A stretch of DNA of 41,368 nucleotides from the IMG/VR virus record IMGVR_UViG_2671180984_000033. One strand, 5' to 3'. This DNA is from a virus. Taxonomy: Duplodnaviria > Heunggongvirae > Uroviricota > Caudoviricetes. Positions 10,359-18,266 of the stretch are shown piece after piece (the first letter of the stretch is position 1; every line of letters starts with the position of its first letter). Below the pieces are notes generated by a model. The model did not search any database and was not told the DNA's origin. It was given only the letters and a program-made list of their open reading frames with translations. The position numbers and the translations under genes were made by a program.

Positions 10359-11261
10359 TTAACCCTCCAGTGCTTTTTCAGCCAGGGTGATTACTTCAGC
10401 GAGATTTTCATCCGTTACTTCACCAAGTTTCCTGGCTCCCTGTTTTTCCAGAATTGCAATAGCTTCTGCCCGGTAACCCCCTTTTGCTAACTGGAGGATC
10501 AACCCTTCAGCTTGTTTGCGTAGTGCCGCGAAATCAATTGTATGGTCATCTTTGGCGTCATTATTCTGGCTGGAATTTGCTGCGTCTCTGCGTGCAAATT
10601 CTTCCTGCAGCTGAAGGTACTCAACACGGTTGATCTCGATATGGCCTTTTTTCAGCATCTCGTTCAACTTGCGTAAGGTGTGGAGTTCACTGGCTGCTGT
10701 GCCGGATACATTTTTGACGTAAAACGGCCCCGTGCGTTCTCCATCCTTGTTACTGGCCTTTTTCGGCTTAACTTCATCACGCCCATCCGCAGGTGCATCA
10801 AGTAGCTGCTCGGCAAAAGCACGTCGCTCGCCGATGGTTGGCAGGTCGTCCCAGAACTTAAGGATGTTACGGGACAGGTCCAGGAGAGCAGGTTTAAGCA
10901 GCGCCCTGGCTCGTTTGACGCCCTGCAATGCGCTGTCGAGAGCATCAATCTGAACAACTCGTTTATCGCCTTCAGCATCACGGTAGGCAACAGCACGTTG
11001 CAGCATGTCTTCTGTGATAGGGGTGGCTACCGGGTAGAAACCAGCCAGTGCGATAACGTCGCTGAACTCCAGATCATCCAGTGTCATTGCCGCTGACATA
11101 TTTTCAGTTTCAGTTGCTGTATCCCGACATTCCTGCACTCGTGAAATCGTGTCAGGATGCATAACAATGCCTGATGCCATTGTGCGGATAAGACGTTCAA
11201 GCAGCGCATTATGTTGTGCCAGAAGTTGATTATTAAGTTCTAGACTGGTTTCTAAACTCAT
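10359..11261 (-). CDS. Hypothetical phage early protein
   Basis: 300-aa ORF in the leftward operon, acidic and helix-rich. Confidence 0.45.
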   Translation of the reverse strand: MSLETSLELNNQLLAQHNALLERLIRTMASGIVMHPDTISRVQECRDTATETENMSAAMTLDDLEFSDVIALAGFYPVATPITEDMLQRAVAYRDAEGDKRVVQIDALDSALQGVKRARALLKPALLDLSRNILKFWDDLPTIGERRAFAEQLLDAPADGRDEVKPKKASNKDGERTGPFYVKNVSGTAASELHTLRKLNEMLKKGHIEINRVEYLQLQEEFARRDAANSSQNNDAKDDHTIDFAALRKQAEGLILQLAKGGYRAEAIAILEKQGARKLGEVTDENLAEVITLAEKALEG

Positions 11262-11440
11262 ACTGTGGTCCTCGCTACAAGGAGAATGAAAGTGATGATC
11301 AGACCGAGCGCAGTGGCAACGGCCAGACCGGTCATCAAATCGAAGTTTTTACGGCGATAACGGAGAACATCGCGCCCCGTCAGTCGATGGATGTGTTCAG
11401 GTTTCATCGGTTGTATTCCTTTTTTCATATCGGGGAGCAC
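11258..11440 (-). CDS. Small membrane protein (first gene of the leftward early operon)
   Basis: 60 aa, Arg-rich N-terminal half and one C-terminal hydrophobic helix (LAVATALGLIITFILLV); 4-nt overlap with the next gene. Confidence 0.4.
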   Translation of the reverse strand: MLPDMKKGIQPMKPEHIHRLTGRDVLRYRRKNFDLMTGLAVATALGLIITFILLVARTTV

Positions 11441-11465
11441 GCTGTTGCGAGTGCGCTTTCAGACA

Positions 11466-11492
11466 TAAAAAAGCCCGTCACGTGAGGCGGGC
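11466..11492 (-). terminator. Intrinsic terminator-like hairpin on the minus strand, upstream of the leftward operon
   Basis: Minus-strand GCCCGCC-TCACGTGA-CGGGC followed by TTTTTT. Confidence 0.45.
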
Positions 11493-11631
11493 AAAGACTA
11501 CACACAGCAATTACATGGATATCATCGAGTGCCTGCTTTTAACCACATCAGGCGAGGTGGTTCTCCTTGTACCCCTACAGTGAGAAATCGTCTAATATCT
11601 CTTCACCCCTACAGTTTGAGAGAGATTAGAT

Positions 11632-12201
11632 ATGTCTGAAGAAAAAGGAATTCTTTCCCGGATAACTGAATCGTTATCCGGCGTGGGAGGAGCAATTAAA
11701 AGCGCGGTTGGAGCAGCAAGAGAGATTCAGAATCTGACTGTCGACTATGCAGTTAAAGAGAAGACGCACATCTTACTCGATAAGCTAATGGATGTTCAGA
11801 TGCAGCAAATGTCGCTTCAGGAGCTGCTGATTGCGGCTAAGGAGAAAATTGTTGAACTGGAAAATGAGAAAGTAAAGCAAGAGAACTGGGCCGCTGAAGC
11901 GGCGAGCTATGAACTTTACCAGCCTATGCGGGGTACTCTGGTCTATCGCAGCAAGCTTTCTGCAGATGCTGACCAATCTCCGGTTTATATTTGTCCCAAT
12001 TGCTACGAGCAAAAGAGAAAATCTATATTGCAAGCGGAAGGTCTGGTTACTAAGCCAGGCCTTGGGCGAGCCGTTAATATGGTTTGTTCGTACTGTAGGG
12101 CTTCCTATCTGTTCAACCGAAATGCTTTAGAAGCCCGACTGCCTTCTGAAGATGAAAATCCGGGGAAGGCAATCACGGATTACGATCCTTACAACCAGTA
12201 A
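11632..12201 (+). CDS. Coiled-coil / zinc-ribbon protein of unknown function (accessory gene)
   Basis: 189 aa; ICPNCY...VCSYCRAS pair of CxxC motifs; convergent with the repressor. Confidence 0.5.
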   Translation: MSEEKGILSRITESLSGVGGAIKSAVGAAREIQNLTVDYAVKEKTHILLDKLMDVQMQQMSLQELLIAAKEKIVELENEKVKQENWAAEAASYELYQPMRGTLVYRSKLSADADQSPVYICPNCYEQKRKSILQAEGLVTKPGLGRAVNMVCSYCRASYLFNRNALEARLPSEDENPGKAITDYDPYNQ

Positions 12202-12251
12202 TTTCTTTAAGCATGGGTACCCTTCCGGCCACCCAGAGTTAAAGGAACTAA

Positions 12252-12278
12252 GCGCCCCATCGTCGGGGCGTTTCAACT
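12252..12278 (+). terminator. Putative intrinsic terminator after the zinc-ribbon gene
   Basis: CGCCCC-ATCGTC-GGGGCG hairpin followed by TTTCAACTT. Confidence 0.45.
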
Positions 12279-12520
12279 TGCGTGACTTATCAGTTCGTCG
12301 CGGTGTTGTCCTCTACGCTTACCGTACGCATACGGACTCGGCGCTTACCTCGATCCCATCGGGTGCCATTTCATTTTGCCAGGAGTACTGCGGCTTACCT
12401 GTCACGCGGTTCAGTTTGTTAAAGAGCTGGTATTAAAAAACGCATTAATTATGCGATATCGTATTTATATGCATTATGGGATTTTGTGTCAATACGAAAA
12501 TGAATTATTTTGCAAATAAG

Positions 12521-12547
12521 AAAACCGCCCTTGTGGAGAGCGGTTTG
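12521..12547 (-). terminator. Intrinsic terminator downstream of the repressor gene
   Basis: Minus strand AAACCGC-TCTCCACAAGG-GCGGTTT followed by TCTTATTT. Confidence 0.55.
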
Positions 12548-12576
12548 ATCAGAAGTAAGTTATCAGACTGTAAAGG

Positions 12577-13251
12577 TTAGTACATGCGTAGCGCGGATTT
12601 GGCGATCCCCGCCACGTAATGGATTTTTTCAATGTTTTCGCGTGGTACTCTGACTGGTGGATGATCTTCATTTACAGACATTAGATGGAACAGGCCATCG
12701 CGTTCGAACAAGAAGGTTTTAACCATGACCTCACCGTCCCGGGTAACCACAAGTACTTCATCACCAGGAGTGTAGTCGTGGTTGGGTTCGACGATTACGA
12801 ACTCACCCTCTTTGATTCTAGGCATCATTGAATCACCAACACATTTCAGGGCGTATGCATCTTCATCCTTTGTCGGCCAGTATATGAAACCATCACTGCT
12901 ACCTACTGAATATTGGGTGTCGCTCCAAAGTCCTCCAACGCCTAGCTGAGTGTTTCCCAAAACAGGTACTTTATTAAACCTAAGAGAAATATACGTTTTT
13001 ATACCTGTCGCGTCCTCTTTCTCCATTTCTTGAAGGCTCCTTTCTGCCAGGTCTATTGGTGACACGTGGAAGTAGTCGGCGATCTGCTTTAACGTTGCGT
13101 ATTTCGGATCTTTCACCTCTCCTGATACCAGCCTGTGTAGCGTTGGTTGGTTCAGTTGTAACCGACGTGCCAGCTCAGTTATCGAGCTTATCTTGGCTTT
13201 GTCCATCAGGTACTTGATGTTTTGAGAAAGGATATCGGTAGTATCAATCAT
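12577..13251 (-). CDS. cI-type repressor (HTH plus S24 LexA-like peptidase domain)
   Basis: N-terminal HTH (ITELARRLQLNQPTLHRLVSG) and C-terminal GDSM serine-protease motif; divergent from a cro-like gene. Confidence 0.85.
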   Translation of the reverse strand: MIDTTDILSQNIKYLMDKAKISSITELARRLQLNQPTLHRLVSGEVKDPKYATLKQIADYFHVSPIDLAERSLQEMEKEDATGIKTYISLRFNKVPVLGNTQLGVGGLWSDTQYSVGSSDGFIYWPTKDEDAYALKCVGDSMMPRIKEGEFVIVEPNHDYTPGDEVLVVTRDGEVMVKTFLFERDGLFHLMSVNEDHPPVRVPRENIEKIHYVAGIAKSALRMY

Positions 13252-13392
13252 TTGGATTCATCCATGTTGTATACAGGGACGGTGATTATGCGTTATCGGA
13301 TATTTTAATCCAGGATGATATAGAATTGCCGTATTGCTGAATAATCCGTTTTCGTATAAATTTGCGCTATAGACGAAAGTGGAGACTTAAAT
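13252..13392. promoter_or_regulatory. Divergent immunity promoter/operator region between the repressor and cro-like genes
   Basis: 141-bp AT-rich intergenic region with GGAT/ATCC half-site repeats, TTGCTG and TATAAA hexamers, and a GGAG Shine-Dalgarno before cro. Confidence 0.55.
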
Positions 13393-13593
13393 ATGTCCGG
13401 ACTAACACCACAAGAGATGGTCAAAAGCTTGATTGATTCAGGGTATACCCAAAACCAAATTGCCGAAATTGCAGGCGTGAAGCAGTCTTCTATTAGTCGG
13501 CTTCTCACCGGGGTTCATTCTGACCCTCGCTTTTCTACAGTACGTGCGATAGAAAAGCTTTTTCAGGAAGTGACAGCTAGACAAAAGGCGTAA
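13393..13593 (+). CDS. Cro-like HTH regulator
   Basis: 66 aa with HTH (QNQIAEIAGVKQSSISRL); divergent from the repressor. Confidence 0.7.
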   Translation: MSGLTPQEMVKSLIDSGYTQNQIAEIAGVKQSSISRLLTGVHSDPRFSTVRAIEKLFQEVTARQKA

Positions 13594-13596
13594 CCC

Positions 13597-15858
13597 ATGT
13601 CTGATAACAAACCATGGGGAGCTACGCCCGATGAGTGGTTCCACTTCGATCTGGTGTTGGGGATGACAGACAGGCTTTTACCTGTGGTGTCCAATCCCTG
13701 TGCAGAACTGTCGCCTAATAGCAAGCTGTCTCATAATTTCGGCAAAACCCCCAGTCGCTACAATGGCCAACGTAAGGTTGTTGGTATCCCCGACTGGGCT
13801 AACTATGTTGTTACGGAAAACGATTTTGCCCGGTGGTCGAACGAACCCGATTACGGTATTTGCGTTCGTACTGGCGACGGGGTGGTGGCTCTGGACTGCG
13901 ATATCAATGACGCCGGGATGCAGGAGATCGTACGCAATATTATCCTGTCATGCCTGGGGGAACTTCCGCCACGTCGCTGGCGGGCTGACAGTCATAAATG
14001 CCTGTACCTGATTGCTGTTGATGGCGACTACCGTAAACGTGGTCACCGCCTGGAAGGCGAAAACAAACAAATAGAGCTGCTCGCTAAGGGCCAGCAGTTT
14101 GTGGCTTGTGGTACCCATCCGGCAGGCGAACGTATTCAGTGGGACTGCGGTCTGCCCGGCGAACCTCTGAAAATTACATCTGAACAGCTCGAAAGCCTGT
14201 GGCAGCGTCTGGCGGATAACTTACCCGTGAAAGACAGCTATACCGCAGGTGCAGGACGTCAGCGTGATCTTTCCTGTGTTGATCCTTCCGCGACAGATGA
14301 TGTCGCCGACTGGCTTGACGCGAACGGGTGGACTCTGTCAGTCAGCTCTGATGGTTCCCGCAATCTGAAACCGTTTCGGGATGAGTCAGAATACAGCAAC
14401 GGTTGCAGCGAAACATCCATTAAGTATTTCCCAAAAGGGACGGGGGGATTTGAACAGGGACATTTTAAAAGCATGCACAACACCGATGCGGGGCTTACTG
14501 ATGCCGACTGGCTGGAAGGCTACGGCTATACGCAATCCCTGTTCGAAGATCTCACGGTGGTTGAAGATGGCGATAAGCCTGAATTTACCGATATTAATAC
14601 AGATATGACAGCTCATTTTCTGGAACGCTTTATCTACGTCATCGAGGGTGACCAGGTATGTGATCTTAGCCGACCGCCATATCAGTGCATGATGGATATG
14701 AAGTCGTTCAAAAACCTGATGGCGCCTTACCAGTTCCCGCCAGAAGGGAAAGGGCAACCAACTCCCGCAACCAAACGGTGGATAGAGCATCGGCATAAGA
14801 AGATTGCTGAGACGACAGGCTATAAGCCCGGTGCGGGACGTATTATCGAGCGTTTCGACGGGCGGTTTGAGATAAACGAATTTTATATGCCTGAGCATCC
14901 ACGTACAGCGGATACAAGTAAGGTGTCCACGTTCCTTAATCATATGGCGTATCTGGTACCTGATGCCTGGCAGCGCGAGTTTTTCATCGCCCGTCTGGGG
15001 TGGATGGTTCAGCGTCCGGAGCGTCGATGCCCGATTTCTATTCTGCATGTGGCTACCGCACATGGTACGGGCAGAGGATGGGTCAGCCAGTTAATGGAGC
15101 GCGTGCTTGGTCCGTGGAACTGTGCTCGTACTCGCATGAAGATCCTGTGCGATAACCAGTTCCATGACTATCTGTACAATACGCTTCTATGCACCATTGA
15201 CGAGGTGCGCGAAAATGATAAGCGGTATGAGGTGAACGATAAGATCCGTGACGTGCTGACAGAACCACGGTTTGAAGTGAACCGCAAATATGGCAGCAAA
15301 AAAACGATGGATATATACACCGGCTTTCTGTTCTACACCAACCACTTTGATGCGCTGGCGCTGCCAGAGGAAGACCGACGTATCGCTGTGCTGGGGGGCC
15401 CTGACTTCGCCGCAACTGAAGAGCATTACGCCAGCCTGTACGGTGCGCTAAGCGACAGCGACTTTATCGCCCAGGTGTACTGGTATCTGATGGGCGTTGA
15501 CCTGTCTCGCTTTAACTGGCAGCGCGCCCCCGAGACGAAAGAACGCCTTCTGATGATTGAAAGCAATAAGAGCGATGTGGAGGCTGCTCTTATTGAAATC
15601 CTGGATAATCCGCCTGTGCCAGCAATGACTTATCAACAAATTGTTAACGCAATACTGGCAGAAGCAGGAATGGATGTAGAAATTAACCAGAAGCATATTA
15701 CTCGCATTTTGAAAGAAAGAACAAAGCGGGAACCCGTACGCGTAAAAATTGACGGGTTTGTATATAGGATTTGGATTCTTGTAAAAAATAACGATTTCAG
15801 CAACGAAGAATTGCGCGAAATATATAAATCTTGCGAAATTTTGCAATCTGGATTGTAA
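13597..15858 (+). CDS. Putative replication primase (primase-polymerase-like N-terminal domain)
   Basis: 753 aa; VVALDCDIND (DxD) and ACGTHPAG resemble archaeo-eukaryotic primase motifs; immediately followed by the inverted-repeat array. No canonical Walker A seen. Confidence 0.55.
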   Translation: MSDNKPWGATPDEWFHFDLVLGMTDRLLPVVSNPCAELSPNSKLSHNFGKTPSRYNGQRKVVGIPDWANYVVTENDFARWSNEPDYGICVRTGDGVVALDCDINDAGMQEIVRNIILSCLGELPPRRWRADSHKCLYLIAVDGDYRKRGHRLEGENKQIELLAKGQQFVACGTHPAGERIQWDCGLPGEPLKITSEQLESLWQRLADNLPVKDSYTAGAGRQRDLSCVDPSATDDVADWLDANGWTLSVSSDGSRNLKPFRDESEYSNGCSETSIKYFPKGTGGFEQGHFKSMHNTDAGLTDADWLEGYGYTQSLFEDLTVVEDGDKPEFTDINTDMTAHFLERFIYVIEGDQVCDLSRPPYQCMMDMKSFKNLMAPYQFPPEGKGQPTPATKRWIEHRHKKIAETTGYKPGAGRIIERFDGRFEINEFYMPEHPRTADTSKVSTFLNHMAYLVPDAWQREFFIARLGWMVQRPERRCPISILHVATAHGTGRGWVSQLMERVLGPWNCARTRMKILCDNQFHDYLYNTLLCTIDEVRENDKRYEVNDKIRDVLTEPRFEVNRKYGSKKTMDIYTGFLFYTNHFDALALPEEDRRIAVLGGPDFAATEEHYASLYGALSDSDFIAQVYWYLMGVDLSRFNWQRAPETKERLLMIESNKSDVEAALIEILDNPPVPAMTYQQIVNAILAEAGMDVEINQKHITRILKERTKREPVRVKIDGFVYRIWILVKNNDFSNEELREIYKSCEILQSGL

Positions 15859-15860
15859 AA

Positions 15861-16128
15861 AGGTGACGGCTAGGTGACGGCAAAACGCTTAAGCGTCACC
15901 TTAAAAAGTATATATAAAACAATGGGAAATGTGCTAAAGGTGACAGGTGACGGCAGAATTTAAAACTATATACGCGAGAGTGTGTATTTTAGGTATTATA
16001 CGATCGCTTATATATAGAGAACTAAAATCAACCGTCACCTGTCACCTAAAACATCTTCAGGCCTTATATGGCGCGCTTTGCAGCAGGTGACGGATATGTA
16101 ATTACGCGTCACCTAGCCGTCACCCGGA
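15861..16128. repeat. Nested inverted-repeat array of GGTGAC(G/A)G boxes around an AT-rich core (putative origin of replication)
   Basis: Eleven GGTGAC copies: forward-oriented at about 15862, 15873, 15939 and 15946, reverse-oriented at about 16032, 16039, 16107 and 16118, plus singles near 15893 and 16086, flanking an AT-rich centre (about 15960-16025). Confidence 0.6.
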
Positions 16129-16173
16129 AATTAACTTGAAAAAATTAGCAAATAACTAAATGAGGATACGACG

Positions 16174-16464
16174 ATGTCAAAGATATTCCGCCAATGTATG
16201 CCTTACGGTATCCGCAAAACAGCTGAGGGGGCTTGGGAAGCATTCAACAGAGACTACCAGCCCTTAGGGGAGGCTTTTTTCTTCAAAAGAGCACTAACGC
16301 AGGCCACTCGAGATGTGTTGGCGCCACCGCCGGTAACTCAGCGCGACGACTGTGTATGGCTGTATAGCGATATCGAGCACCCGATGCACTCTGAGGCTTA
16401 CTGGAAAGCGTATTGCCAGCGGCTTAAACATCTTTCTAACCTCAAAATGAAAGATGAACGGTAA
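16174..16464 (+). CDS. Hypothetical phage protein
   Basis: 96-aa ORF with GAGGA Shine-Dalgarno, between the origin-like region and Q. Confidence 0.45.
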   Translation: MSKIFRQCMPYGIRKTAEGAWEAFNRDYQPLGEAFFFKRALTQATRDVLAPPPVTQRDDCVWLYSDIEHPMHSEAYWKAYCQRLKHLSNLKMKDER

Positions 16465-16489
16465 GTAGCAAAACGTAGAGGTCAGAGCT

Positions 16490-16912
16490 ATGCGTGATAT
16501 TCGACTGGTTTTAGAGCGATGGGGGGGCTGGGCTGCGAGCGAAGGTTGCAGTGTCTACTATCCACCTGTTTCCGCTGGATTTAAGAATCTGCTACCTGCA
16601 ACGCAAGCCGGGCGGCTGAAGTGCAGTGACAATGACGGTCTGATCATCAGCTCTGCTATGAACTGCCTGAAGAAAAAAGATCCGTACCTGTGTACGCTCC
16701 TTGAGTGGCATTACATCCAGGCGATGCCTGTGAGGGCTATGGGTGTGAAGCTCGGCGTATCACACACTCAAGTTCTGAAGAGGCTCCAGGCTGCAGAGGG
16801 ATTTATCGACGGCTGCCTGGCTATGCTGGACGTGGTTCTGGAAATGGATCAAGCAGTTCAGTCAAAGCCTAAGGCTATCAGGACTTTGCGAAGGAGCTGC
16901 CCGGCGGCATAA
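16490..16912 (+). CDS. Late-gene antitermination protein Q-like
   Basis: N-terminal MRDIRLVLERWGGWAA resembles lambdoid Q-family proteins as I recall them; sits just upstream of the lysis cassette. Confidence 0.65.
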   Translation: MRDIRLVLERWGGWAASEGCSVYYPPVSAGFKNLLPATQAGRLKCSDNDGLIISSAMNCLKKKDPYLCTLLEWHYIQAMPVRAMGVKLGVSHTQVLKRLQAAEGFIDGCLAMLDVVLEMDQAVQSKPKAIRTLRRSCPAA

Positions 16913-17066
16913 TATCCAGTAATCAATCACGTAAGGGAATCAGATGGTATTCAGGATTGCCGTAAACACCTGACGGCTTCAGGTATCAAGGTAAGATAAA
17001 AAATAGTTGTGGAATTCCAAAAAGCCGATTAGCCTGATATCTGTTGAAAACAGTTCATCACGAAGA

Positions 17067-17090
17067 GGCTCCCGCAAGGGGGCCTTTTTT
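17067..17090 (+). terminator. Intrinsic terminator in the late leader (tR'-like)
   Basis: GGCTCCC-GCAA-GGGGGCC hairpin with GNRA-type loop followed by TTTTTT. Confidence 0.6.
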
Positions 17091-17320
17091 AATGCTCTAT
17101 TCTCAGTAAAAGTTAATAAAACAGGGTTTTCGTCGCGAAAAAACGCTATGCAGTTTTTGCCCTTTTTTATGCACCTTTTATTCACTCGAATTTCGTCATT
17201 TTGAACCACTTAAGTTGATTAAATAGGCCTTTCATCGCAAATCTATTGCGAGCGGGGATCGTGTGGTTCCTATAACGTACATTATGTTAAATAACTTCCT
17301 TTTTTAACAAATTTAACAAG

Positions 17321-17343
17321 GTTCGCTATGGCGAACTTTTTTT
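17321..17343 (+). terminator. Second intrinsic terminator upstream of the holin gene
   Basis: GTTCGC-TATG-GCGAAC hairpin followed by TTTTTTT. Confidence 0.55.
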
Positions 17344-17444
17344 GTATTCAGGGCCCACCGAAGGACGGCTCATAACCCAATCCTACGGGCGTATACGCAG
17401 GGCCCGCCTTTCAACAACACCCCGTAATGGCGGAGGTGGGAAGT

Positions 17445-17786
17445 ATGAAAATGCACAATGCTCCTCATTCCTGGCCTGACTTACTGGAACTCTTACAAAG
17501 TTGGTGGCGTGGAGATACGCCGTTGGGCGCAGTGGTTATGTCAATTGTTATGGCTGGTTTGCGCATTGCCTATTTTGGCGGTGGCGGCGGCTGGAAACGA
17601 AAAACGCTTGAGATTTTGCTCTGTGGTGCTCTGACGCTGACCTTTGCATCCGCTCTTGAGTATGTTGGATGGCCTAAATCGCTTTCTGTTGCCATTGGTG
17701 GTGGTGTTGGGCTGATCGGTGTCGATGCTATTCGTGGGGCTGCAATGCGAGTAATCGGTAACAAGTTTGGTGGCTCTAAGGAGTAA
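17445..17786 (+). CDS. Holin with dual-start motif
   Basis: Hydrophobic helices; ORF opens at 17427, but the GGAGGTGGGAAGT upstream of ATG-AAA-ATG (17445, 17451) looks like the real ribosome-binding site, giving an M-K-M dual start. Confidence 0.7.
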   Translation: MKMHNAPHSWPDLLELLQSWWRGDTPLGAVVMSIVMAGLRIAYFGGGGGWKRKTLEILLCGALTLTFASALEYVGWPKSLSVAIGGGVGLIGVDAIRGAAMRVIGNKFGGSKE

Positions 17787-17789
17787 TTC

Positions 17790-18266
17790 ATGCAGACACT
17801 AAATTCCCAACGTAAAGCTTTCCTGGATATGGTGGCATGGTCAGAAGGAACGGATAACGGGCGACAACCGACACGTAATCACGGTTATGACGTTATCGTC
17901 GGAGGTGAGTTGTTCACTGATTACTCCGATCACCCTCGCAAACTTGTCACGCTCAACCCGAAGCTTAAATCAACAGCTGCAGGCCGGTATCAGCTTCTTT
18001 CACGCTGGTGGGATGCCTACCGCAAGCAGCTTGGCCTGAAAGATTTTTCGCCAGAAAGTCAGGATGCTGTGGCGCTGCAGCAGATTAAAGAGCGTGGCGC
18101 TTTACCGATGATTGACCGTGGAGATATTCGTCAGGCAATCGACCGTTGCAGCAATATCTGGGCGTCGTTACCTGGTGCAGGTTACGGTCAGTATGAACAT
18201 AAAATCGGTGACCTGATTTCCAGGTTTAAAGATGCTGGTGGGGTGGTAAATGAAGCTGACTTATAA
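17790..18266 (+). CDS. R: Endolysin, lambda R-type lytic transglycosylase
   Basis: 158 aa nearly identical over most of its length to lambda R as I recall it (QRKAFLDM.AWSEGTDNGRQ.TRNHGYDVIVGGELFTDYSDHPRKLVTLNPKLKST). Confidence 0.9.
   Translation: MQTLNSQRKAFLDMVAWSEGTDNGRQPTRNHGYDVIVGGELFTDYSDHPRKLVTLNPKLKSTAAGRYQLLSRWWDAYRKQLGLKDFSPESQDAVALQQIKERGALPMIDRGDIRQAIDRCSNIWASLPGAGYGQYEHKIGDLISRFKDAGGVVNEADL

Noticed and set aside
11258-11440. Arg-rich N-terminus of the 60-aa protein considered as an N-like antiterminator
   Set aside because: The protein has a strongly hydrophobic C-terminal helix typical of a small membrane protein.
12152-12436. 94-aa ORF downstream of the zinc-ribbon gene
   Set aside because: Overlaps the preceding gene's 3' end and spans a terminator hairpin; no ribosome-binding site.
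12280-12440. Possible retron-like or tRNA-like non-coding RNA in the GC-rich gap
   Set aside because: No reverse transcriptase gene in the window and no tRNA T-loop/acceptor features recognisable; retained only as a low-interest possible small RNA.
14386-15063. 225-aa minus-strand ORF inside the primase-like gene
   Set aside because: Antisense shadow ORF fully contained in the 753-aa gene.
15861-16128. Short repeated GGTGACGG boxes considered as a possible CRISPR array
   Set aside because: Repeats are only 8-10 bp, occur in both orientations with mirror symmetry and have no regular spacers; no cas genes. Better explained as iterons or an origin.
17007-17209. Small ORFs (17007..17204 plus, 16979..17209 minus) in the late leader region
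   Set aside because: They span the terminator hairpin and AT-rich leader; more likely non-coding regulatory DNA.
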